The notes under the pieces are model-generated. The model saw nothing but the letters and a program-made list of their open reading frames with translations, was not told the origin of the DNA and did no database searches. 64,000 bases of DNA from Streptosporangiaceae bacterium (GTDB taxonomy: Bacteria > Actinomycetota > Actinomycetes > Streptosporangiales > Streptosporangiaceae): positions 1,755 through 65,754 of the forward strand of contig DASXYG010000032.1 of NCBI GenBank assembly GCA_036502625.1, given 5' to 3'. The translations under genes were made by a program, and so were the position numbers. Within the stretch, counting starts at the first letter, position 1; the number at the start of each line of letters is the position of its first letter. This document shows, in pieces, positions 9,543 to 16,869 of the stretch.

Positions 9543-9661
9543 GCCTCGCGCCTCGCGCCTCGCGCCTCGCGCCTCGCGCCTCGCGCCTCGCGCCTCGCGC
9601 CCCGCGCCCCGCGCCCCGCGCCCCGCGCCCCGCGCCCCGCGCCCCGCGCCCCGCGCCCCGC
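9543..9661. repeat. Two abutting heptanucleotide microsatellites, (GCCTCGC)x8 then (GCCCCGC)x9
   Basis: Perfect tandem units counted directly: 9543-9598 and 9599-9661. The two units differ by a single base. Confidence 0.95.
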
Positions 9662-9706
9662 GCGAGTCTCCCGGGGCGTGCGCGTGGCGCGTGGCGTGCG
9701 TGCAGG

Positions 9707-10020
9707 GTCCGGCGTTCGGGCGTGTAAAGGCCGCGCTTCGCGCGCGCTTTTCTTGCGTCCCGACGTGAGCGTTCTCGGGGCTGGGGCGCGAGGGCTGCCG
9801 CGCCCTGGTTTGCGGATGCTCTCGATGGCGTGGCATGGCGTGGCGTCCCTGGGCGCGCGTCTTGTGCGGTGCGCGAGGCTTGCGGGCGCGCTTGTGGCGC
9901 ATGCGGCGCGGGCGGGGTGCGGCGTTCGTACGCGCAAAGGCCGCGCTGCGCGCGCGCTTTTCCCGCGTCCTGATGTGAGCGTTCTCTGGGTGGGGCCGCG
10001 GGGGCTGGCGCCCTTTGGCT
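9707..10020 (+). repeat. Two forward copies of a ~100-bp element carrying an A-tract/GC-hairpin/T-tract core
   Basis: 9707-9810 and 9917-10020 align at roughly 80% identity by eye. The cores are AAAGGCCGCGCTTCGCGCGCGCTTTTC (9726-9752) and AAAGGCCGCGCTGCGCGCGCGCTTTTC (9936-9962). Confidence 0.8.
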
Positions 10021-10127
10021 CGCGCTCTTCCTCGTGTCCTGACGCCGAGGTTCTTGGGGGTTGGGGCGTGGCGCTGACGTCCTTTGGCGCTGGTGGTTAC
10101 GGGGGGTGGGGCGGGGTGGCCACTCGG

Positions 10128-10445
10128 CGCCGTGAGGGCGGTGGTCTGAGGGCGGAGCCCCCGCGGCCCAACCCTGAGGACGCCTCGCCAAGGTCGCGGG
10201 CAAAAGCGCGCGCGAAGCGCGGCCTCTTCGTGCGAGGCCGTGTGCCCCTGCCCTGGCACGCCTGGGGGAACGCGCGGGGCGGGGGAGGGCGGCGCCGTGA
10301 GGGCGGTGCTCTGAGGGCGGAGCCTCCGCGGCCCAACCCCGAGAACGCCTCGCCAAGGTCGCGGGCAAGAGCGCGCGCGCAGCGCGGCCTTTTCTCGCGC
10401 GGCTATGTACCCCTCCGGGAGAGCGCGCGAAGCGCGGCCTTTCGT
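10128..10445 (-). repeat. Two to three copies of the same element family in inverted orientation
   Basis: 10128-10250 and 10295-10415 align with each other and with the reverse complement of the forward copies. The cores are AAAAGCGCGCGCGAAGCGCGGCCTCTT (10202-10227), AAGAGCGCGCGCGCAGCGCGGCCTTTTC (10367-10394) and a partial GAGCGCGCGAAGCGCGGCCTTTC (10421-10443). Confidence 0.8.
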
Positions 10446-10559
10446 GCGCGAGGCCGCGAGCGCGGCCCGGCGGCGCGGCCCGGCGGGGCGGGGCGCGGGC
10501 GCGGGGCGAGCGCGGCCCGGCGGCGGGGCGGCCGGGGCGGGGTGCGGGGGCGGGGCGAG

Positions 10560-11969
10560 TTACTCGGGGGCGTCGTCTGTGCGGGCGGCGGCTAGGACGC
10601 GGGCGGCGTCGTTGTCTGAGGCTGTGCGGGCGGCCAGGGTGATGGCGCCGCCTATCACCATCGGCACCACCAGGACGTACATTGCGGCGGTCAACGAGCC
10701 TGTGGCCTGGGAGCTGAGGCCGACGATCAAGGGGCCGCCCGCGGTGCCTGCCGTGAGGACCAACTGGAGGACGCCGAAACCCACGCCGCGGGAACCGGCG
10801 CCGATGACGTCGGCGACCGTGGCCGTCAGCGTGGGGATGGCGATGGCCATGATCACGACCGAGGCGAACAGCAGCACGGTGAACAGCGTGAACGTGGTCA
10901 TCATCATCGACAGGCCGAGGACCGCGGAGCCGATCAGCATGCCGCCGCCACCGGCCAGCACCCGGCCGCCGCGCCGTACGCCGTGCCAGCGGCGGCCGAG
11001 GCGCATGCCGATCATCGTGCCGAGCAGCACACCGACCAGGGAGATGCCGCCGGTGGTCAGCGCCGCCGCGCCGACGCCCACGCCGTACGTGCGGTACACC
11101 AGGCTGGGCAGCCAGTAGAAGATCCCGGCGAGGCCCAGCGTCAGGATCCCCACGCCGATCCCGACGAGCACCGCCGTGCGGATCGCCATGATCTCCTTGA
11201 GCTGCGCGCCGATCCCGGGGCCGGCCGGGCGGCCGGGTGTGCGCGCGGCCGGTGCGGCGTCCGGTACGGGCACGGTGTCGGTGCCGCCCGCGGCCGCGAC
11301 CCGGTCGACGAAACCGCGCGGCGGCTCCCGCAGGCGGAGGCAGAACCACGCGACGATCAGCCCGGGGACGGCCATCACGAAGAACGCCGTACGCCATCCG
11401 GCGGCCTGGCCGACCACGCCGCCGAGGATCGTGCCGACGGCGGTGCCCGCGTAGACGGTGAGCCGCGTCCAGCCGAACGCGCGGTCGCGGGACCGCGGCG
11501 GGTAGTAGTCGCCGAGCAGGCTGCCGACCACCGGGTTGTCGATGTTCTCGGCGGCGCCCAGCACGATCCGGGTGACGTAGAACATCGCGAACGACACGGC
11601 CGCGCCGGACGCCACGGTGATCACCGACCACACCACCACGACCAGCCCGACCAGCCCGATCATCCGGGTCCTGCGGTAGCGGTCGGCGATGTAGCCGGCC
11701 GGGACGGCGACGATCATGCCGGCGATCGCGGCGGCCGTGGGGATCGACCCGGCCCAGGCGTCGCCGATGTGCCACTGGTGCTGGATCAGCGGCAGCACGC
11801 CGGAGACGATGTTGTACTCGATCCGGTCGACCAGGCCGACGCAGAACACCACGATCAGCGGCGCCCAGCCGAACGGCGCGTGGAGCAGTGCGCTGACCCC
11901 GTCGGGCGGCGGTGCGCCCATACGCGTGAACCACGGACCCTGTACGCGCTGGATGCGAGTCATATTCAC
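10560..11969 (-). CDS. MFS transporter
   Basis: 469 aa and multi-TM. GYIADRYRRTRMI matches the MFS loop 2-3 motif. The track ORF 9490-12009 only extends a different frame through the repeats. Confidence 0.85.
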   Translation of the reverse strand: MNMTRIQRVQGPWFTRMGAPPPDGVSALLHAPFGWAPLIVVFCVGLVDRIEYNIVSGVLPLIQHQWHIGDAWAGSIPTAAAIAGMIVAVPAGYIADRYRRTRMIGLVGLVVVVWSVITVASGAAVSFAMFYVTRIVLGAAENIDNPVVGSLLGDYYPPRSRDRAFGWTRLTVYAGTAVGTILGGVVGQAAGWRTAFFVMAVPGLIVAWFCLRLREPPRGFVDRVAAAGGTDTVPVPDAAPAARTPGRPAGPGIGAQLKEIMAIRTAVLVGIGVGILTLGLAGIFYWLPSLVYRTYGVGVGAAALTTGGISLVGVLLGTMIGMRLGRRWHGVRRGGRVLAGGGGMLIGSAVLGLSMMMTTFTLFTVLLFASVVIMAIAIPTLTATVADVIGAGSRGVGFGVLQLVLTAGTAGGPLIVGLSSQATGSLTAAMYVLVVPMVIGGAITLAARTASDNDAARVLAAARTDDAPE

Positions 11970-12036
11970 CTCTTGCGCGAGCGTGCCCTAGGTCACACCC
12001 GGAAGGCAAGCAGCCGGGTGTGACCGGGCGTGCACG

Positions 12037-13326
12037 CTAGAGGCGCAGGTTCTGCCAGGTGAGGTGGTGGTCCGAGCTGGGGAGCGGGTCGCCCCAGGTC
12101 AGCCGGGCCAGCGGGCTGGTGGACGTGGGCCAGAAGATGCCGCCGCCCAGCGGGCGCAGGCCCACCGACGGGAGCACGTAGTCGACGCGGAGGTTGCCGG
12201 GGCCGGCGGGCAGGGCGTCGGCGAAGTCGGCGGTGTCGTACTTCGGGTCGCCCTTGTGGTTTGCGTTGGCCTGGCCCTGGAGGGCGTTCGCGTCCGGGCC
12301 GCCCGCCGAGGTGGGCGCGTGGCTGGTGTCGATCATCGGGTTGTCGAGGAGCTGGTCGATGGCGTGGTCGTAGCTGTCGCCGTCCAGCGGATCGGCGTTC
12401 ATGTCGGCGGCGACCACGAACGACGAGCCCGGGCGCAGCCCGCCTCGGTGGCCGCGGTCGTCGTAGATGTACGAGCCGTGGCCGGGGCGTACGTAGTCGG
12501 ACCAGAAGCGGATCTCGTCGTGGTTGCGGCGCCCGTTGCGGTCCTCGGCCCCGTCGAAGCTCGGCGGCGTCGGGTGGCTGACCAGGAAGTGCACCGTACG
12601 GCGGCCGATACGGACGGGGACGTCCCAGTGGCTCTTCGACGACAGCCGGAGCACCTTCAGGTCGCCCTTGTCGTACCAGGGCCCGCCGGTCTTCGGGTCC
12701 GTCGGCAGCGCGGCGCCCGGCATGTCCTTCCAGAGGAACTTCTGGAACGTGCGGACGTGCCGGGTGTCCAGCGGGTACTTCGAGTAGACGACCATGCCGT
12801 ACTGCCCGGGGAAGAAGCCGTAGCCCTGGGCGTCCTGGCCGTAGGCGTCCGAGCCCGGCGTGGTGACCACCGTGCCGTCGTTGTTCAGGTCGCGGCCGGA
12901 CGGGATGCCGGTGTTGCTCGGCGCGGTGTAGGCGTACGGGTAGTGCACCGGCTTCGCGCCGTTGTGCGGGCGGGCGAGGTAGTTGCGCTGGAACTCCCGC
13001 ACGCTCGCGCCGGCGGAGTCGTAGTCGAACTCGTTGACCAGCAGGACGTCCGGGTGCGCGCGCTGGATGATCTCCGCGACGTTGTCCGCCTGCGCGTTGC
13101 CGGGCTTGGCCAGGTCCTTCACGAGGTCGCCCTGCGCGGGACGGTTCAGCGACGCGTTGAAGGTGGCGAACCGTACGCTGCGGCCCCCGCCGTGCCCGTG
13201 CGCGGCGGCGTGCGCGGCGCCGGGCGCCAGCGCCACGGTGAGGCCGACGGCCGCGAGCAAAGGGATCATCGGAGTTCGGCGCACGATCGCCCCCAGGTGT
13301 CGGGCTTCCGGTGGGCGGGTCGCCAC
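12037..13326 (-). CDS. Secreted endonuclease/exonuclease/phosphatase (EEP) family protein
   Basis: Signal peptide MIPLLAAVGLTVALAPGAAHA. FATFNASLNR, DVLLVNEFDY, VSHPTPP and ADMNADPLDGDS fit the EEP catalytic motifs. Confidence 0.8.
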   Translation of the reverse strand: MATRPPEARHLGAIVRRTPMIPLLAAVGLTVALAPGAAHAAAHGHGGGRSVRFATFNASLNRPAQGDLVKDLAKPGNAQADNVAEIIQRAHPDVLLVNEFDYDSAGASVREFQRNYLARPHNGAKPVHYPYAYTAPSNTGIPSGRDLNNDGTVVTTPGSDAYGQDAQGYGFFPGQYGMVVYSKYPLDTRHVRTFQKFLWKDMPGAALPTDPKTGGPWYDKGDLKVLRLSSKSHWDVPVRIGRRTVHFLVSHPTPPSFDGAEDRNGRRNHDEIRFWSDYVRPGHGSYIYDDRGHRGGLRPGSSFVVAADMNADPLDGDSYDHAIDQLLDNPMIDTSHAPTSAGGPDANALQGQANANHKGDPKYDTADFADALPAGPGNLRVDYVLPSVGLRPLGGGIFWPTSTSPLARLTWGDPLPSSDHHLTWQNLRL

Positions 13327-13484
13327 CGGGACCGGTTCTACCTCGGTTTCGCTAACGACGCATCACGGTGGTCCATCGAAAGAATGAATGAACCTCATGA
13401 TCCGGTCGTAACGGGGATGAAACGCACATCGGGCCGGGTCGTAACACGCGGCGGCGAGGGTGGCACGCGGTTCGCCCCCGCACG

Positions 13485-14807
13485 ATGCAGTACGAGAGAG
13501 GGACCCGCATGAGCCCAAGCGCAGCCCCCGCTGCGACCGCTGTCGGCGCTCCGGTGCGCGAGCTGCGCCGGATCGCCACGGCATCGTTCATCGGCACCGC
13601 ACTGGAGTGGTACGACTTCTTCCTGTACGGCACCGCCACCGCCCTGGTGTTCAACAAGCTGTTCTTCCCGAACGTGGACCCGGCCGTCGGCCTGATCGCG
13701 TCGTTCTCCACCTTCGCCATCGGCTTCGTCGCGCGGCCCGTCGGCGCGCTGATCTTCGGCCACTTCGGCGACCGCATCGGCCGCAAGCGCACCCTCATCG
13801 CCACGGTCACGCTGATGGGCGCGGCCACCGGCCTCGTCGGCGTCATCCCGTCGTACGCCTCCATCGGCCTGGCCGCGCCGGTCATCCTGGCCGTGCTGCG
13901 GTTCCTCCAGGGCGTCTCGGTGGGCGGCGAGTGGAGCGGCGCCATGCTGCTCACGCTGGAGAACGCGCCCGCCGAACGGCACGGCAGGTACGCCGCGATC
14001 CCGCAGCTCGGCTCCCCGGCCGGCACGCTGCTGTCCAGCGGCGCGATGACCGCCGTCGCGTTCCTGCCCGACGCGCAGTTCTACTCCTGGGGCTGGCGCC
14101 TGCCGTTCCTCGCCGCGTTCGTGCTGCTCGGCGTCGGGCTGTACCTCCGGCTGCGGGTCGAGGAGTCGCCGGTGTTCCAGCGGCTCGTCAAGGAGGACCG
14201 CACCGTACGGGTGCCGCTCATCGAGGCGTTCCGGCGCACCGGCGGGCGCATGCTGGTCAGCGCGTGCGTCGCGTTCACCGGCATCGGCGCGTTCTTCCTG
14301 CTCACCACGTTCATGATCAGCTACGTCGTGGACACGCTGCACATGTCGCGGCCGGTCATCCTGAACGCCACGCTGCTCGCCGCCGTGCTCGAGGCCGTGG
14401 TCATCGTCGTGACCGGGCGCTTCGTGGAGCGGTTCGGCGCGGCGCGCGTCTGCGCCGTCGGCGGCCTCCTCGGCATCGTGCTGGCGTACCCGGTGTGGGC
14501 GCTGGTGGACACCCGGTCCCCGGTGCTGGTCACGATCGCCGTGGCCGGCACGATCGCGCTGCTGTCCATCCCGTACGCCCCGGTCGGCGCCGTGATCACC
14601 AACCTGTTCCCCGAGGAGATCAGGTACAGCGCGGTGTCCATCTCCTACAACATCGCCGGGCTCGCGGGCGGTTTCGTGCCGCTGCTCGCGCAGAGCCTGC
14701 TCGGCGGGTTCGGCGCGTCGTGGCCGCTGGCGATCCTGCTCGGCCTCATCGCGGCGATCACCGCGGCCGGCTCGTTCGCGGCGATGCGGATGCGGCTGCC
14801 CGCCTGA
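13485..14807 (+). CDS. MFS transporter, MHS family (paralog of 5901-7250)
   Basis: GTALEWYDFFLYGTATALVFNKLFFP and GHFGDRIGRKRTL. ATG at 13509, preceded by GAGAGAGGGA, is the more likely start. Confidence 0.85.
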   Translation: MQYERGTRMSPSAAPAATAVGAPVRELRRIATASFIGTALEWYDFFLYGTATALVFNKLFFPNVDPAVGLIASFSTFAIGFVARPVGALIFGHFGDRIGRKRTLIATVTLMGAATGLVGVIPSYASIGLAAPVILAVLRFLQGVSVGGEWSGAMLLTLENAPAERHGRYAAIPQLGSPAGTLLSSGAMTAVAFLPDAQFYSWGWRLPFLAAFVLLGVGLYLRLRVEESPVFQRLVKEDRTVRVPLIEAFRRTGGRMLVSACVAFTGIGAFFLLTTFMISYVVDTLHMSRPVILNATLLAAVLEAVVIVVTGRFVERFGAARVCAVGGLLGIVLAYPVWALVDTRSPVLVTIAVAGTIALLSIPYAPVGAVITNLFPEEIRYSAVSISYNIAGLAGGFVPLLAQSLLGGFGASWPLAILLGLIAAITAAGSFAAMRMRLPA

Positions 14808-14833
14808 TCCGCCCGCCCGGCGACAATCGGGGG

Positions 14834-15475
14834 ATGGACAGCACGCCGCACACCGTACGGGGGAGCGGCGCACACGAGATCGAGGTGCGCCGCTCCCGGT
14901 TCATCGGCGCGGTCGCCCCGGTGCGCGACGCGGCCGCGGCGCGCGCGTTCGTCGAGGGGCGGCGCGCCGCGCACCCGTCCGCGCGCCACCACTGCTTCGC
15001 GTACGTCCTCGGCGGCGGCGCGGACCGCGCCGAGAAGGCGAGCGACGACGGTGAGCCGTCCGGCACCGGCGGCGCGCCCATCCTCGAGGTGCTGAAGAAG
15101 CGCGAGATCACCGACGCGGTGGCGGTGGTCACCCGCTACTTCGGCGGCGTGCTGCTCGGCGCGGGCGGGCTGATCCGCGCGTACGGCCAGGCGGCGGCGC
15201 GCGCAGTGGACACCGCGGGCGTGGTGGCGCTGACCCCGGTGGCGATCGTCACGGTGACCGTCGGCTACGCCCACGCGGGACGGCTGGAGAGCGTTCTCCG
15301 CGAGTCCCGCACCATCCGCGACGTCCGCTACGGCACCGACGGCACGGTCGCCCTCGACCTCGCCGTCCCCGAGTCGCAGATCGCCGCCCTGCGGTCCCAG
15401 TTGGCCGACCAGACCTCAGGGGCTGCCACGATGGAGCTCCTCACGACGGAGTACCTCCCGCAGCGGAACGGGTGA
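14834..15475 (+). CDS. YigZ/IMPACT-family (UPF0029) protein
   Basis: EIEVRRSRFIGAV, ARHHCFAYVLG, DDGEPSGTGGAPIL and VVTRYFGGVLLGAGGLIRAY match the family. In frame with track ORF 13460-15475. Confidence 0.8.
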   Translation: MDSTPHTVRGSGAHEIEVRRSRFIGAVAPVRDAAAARAFVEGRRAAHPSARHHCFAYVLGGGADRAEKASDDGEPSGTGGAPILEVLKKREITDAVAVVTRYFGGVLLGAGGLIRAYGQAAARAVDTAGVVALTPVAIVTVTVGYAHAGRLESVLRESRTIRDVRYGTDGTVALDLAVPESQIAALRSQLADQTSGAATMELLTTEYLPQRNG

Positions 15476-15521
15476 CCGGAGTCGGTCCAACCATCGGCGG
15501 GGGTGCGGCGTCTGACGGGGT

Positions 15522-16064
15522 ATGGCGGTACCGGCCGATACGTCGCCGATCACCCTCCCCGGAAGGGACGGCGTGCGCGCATTCAGGGCAAGCGACCGGG
15601 CGGCGGCGGACGAGTTGTTCGCCGCCCACTATCCGCGGCTCGCCGGGTGGGTGCGCCGCATGGTCCGCGACGACGAGATCGCGCACGAGATCGCGTCGGA
15701 GGCGTTCACCCGGCTGATGTCCCGCTGGACCCGGCTGGACAACCCGCACGCCTACCTCTACCGCATCGCCACGAACCTCGTCCGCGACCACTGGCGCCGC
15801 ACCGAACGCGAGCGGCGCGCGATGCGCACGTACGCCAACGGCCGCCGCGCCGACACCGACCAGGCGGACCTCTCCGTCGACCTGCGGGAACTGGTCGACA
15901 CCCTGCCCGAGCGGCAGCGCCACGCGTTCCTGCTGCACTACTACGCGGGCTATCCCATACGCGAGGTCGCCGGCATGCTGCACCGCCCCGAGGGCACCGT
16001 GAAGTCGGACCTCTTCCAGGCGCGGAACACCCTGCGAGCGGCACTGGACGGAAGCCATGAGTGA
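15522..16064 (+). CDS. ECF-type RNA polymerase sigma-70 factor
   Basis: Region 2 (AHEIASEAFTRLMSRW...NPHAYLYRIATNLVRDHWRR) and region 4 (LPERQRHAFLLHYYAGYPIREVAGMLHRPEGTVKSDLFQAR). Confidence 0.85.
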   Translation: MAVPADTSPITLPGRDGVRAFRASDRAAADELFAAHYPRLAGWVRRMVRDDEIAHEIASEAFTRLMSRWTRLDNPHAYLYRIATNLVRDHWRRTERERRAMRTYANGRRADTDQADLSVDLRELVDTLPERQRHAFLLHYYAGYPIREVAGMLHRPEGTVKSDLFQARNTLRAALDGSHE

Positions 16065-16860
16065 CGGCCACGACGGACACGACGAGTTCGACGACTGGCT
16101 GCGCAGCTCGGTTGAGCCGCTGCCGCCGCCACCGGGGACGTACGACCGGGTCCGCCGCCAGGCGCGCCGCCGCAGGCTCGGCAAGGCGCTCGCCGTGGGC
16201 ACGCTGGCCGCCGTCGTCGTGGTCGGCGGCGCCACGGTGCCGCGCATGCTCCGCGGCGCCGAGCCGCAGACGCTCTACCCGAAGACCACCGGGTCGTCCG
16301 GCACGCTCGCCACGCCGCGCGCGACCGCGCACCCGACGCACTCCGCGCCGGACCGGACGAGCACGCCGAGCCATTCCAGCGCGGCGTCCGGCAGCCTCAC
16401 GCCCGAACCGCACCACTCGCAGGCGCCGCCGCCCGCCGCGGGCCCGTCCCGCTGCCACACCGGCGACCTGTCCGTGCGCGTGACCGGCGGCGACGCGGGA
16501 GCGGGCCAGCGTTACGCGGGCGTCGTCCTCACGAACACCTCGTCGCGGACCTGCACCGTGTACGGCTACATCGGCGTGGCGCTGTCCGGCCCGGCGCCCA
16601 CCGACCTCATCCGCGACCCGGGCGACCGCCACCGCGTCACGCTCCCGCCCGGCGGCGCGGCGGCCACCAGCCTCCACTGGACGGCGGTGCCGGCCGACGG
16701 CGAGGGCCCCAACTGCGGACCCCGGCCCGCGAGCATCGCGATCACCCCGCCGGACGAGACCACGCAGCACACGGTGTCGTGGCCGTACGGCGGCGTCTGC
16801 CAGCACGGCGAGATGCACACGGTGCCGCTCGTGCGCGGCAGCAGCCCGCCGCCGATCTGA
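16057..16860 (+). CDS. Membrane-anchored DUF4232-domain protein, putative cognate anti-sigma factor
   Basis: Overlaps the sigma gene by 8 nt. It has a short cytoplasmic N-terminus, one TM segment (LAVGTLAAVVVVGGA), a Ser/Thr/Pro linker and a Cys-containing C-terminal domain (CHTGDLSV...LTNTSSRTCTVYGYIGVAL...NCGPRPA...GGVCQHG). Confidence 0.65.
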   Translation: MSDGHDGHDEFDDWLRSSVEPLPPPPGTYDRVRRQARRRRLGKALAVGTLAAVVVVGGATVPRMLRGAEPQTLYPKTTGSSGTLATPRATAHPTHSAPDRTSTPSHSSAASGSLTPEPHHSQAPPPAAGPSRCHTGDLSVRVTGGDAGAGQRYAGVVLTNTSSRTCTVYGYIGVALSGPAPTDLIRDPGDRHRVTLPPGGAAATSLHWTAVPADGEGPNCGPRPASIAITPPDETTQHTVSWPYGGVCQHGEMHTVPLVRGSSPPPI

Positions 16861-16869
16861 GCCCGGCGG

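Larger units (their letters stand above)
9165..10559. repeat. 1.4-kb non-coding, repeat-saturated zone between convergent genes
   Basis: Lies between the ThDP-enzyme stop (9164) and the MFS stop (10560). The left arm is C-rich on the plus strand and the right arm is G-rich on the plus strand. It contains several nested repeat families. Track ORFs here translate to Pro/Arg/Ala low-complexity strings. Confidence 0.9.

Noticed and set aside
9225-10595. A 456-aa plus-strand ORF, and the 839-aa minus-strand ORF 9490-12009, running through the repeat zone
   Set aside because: The translations are Pro/Arg/Ala/Gly low-complexity strings generated by the tandem repeats. There is no RBS and no domain. 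Only 10560-11969, in its own frame, is a credible MFS gene.
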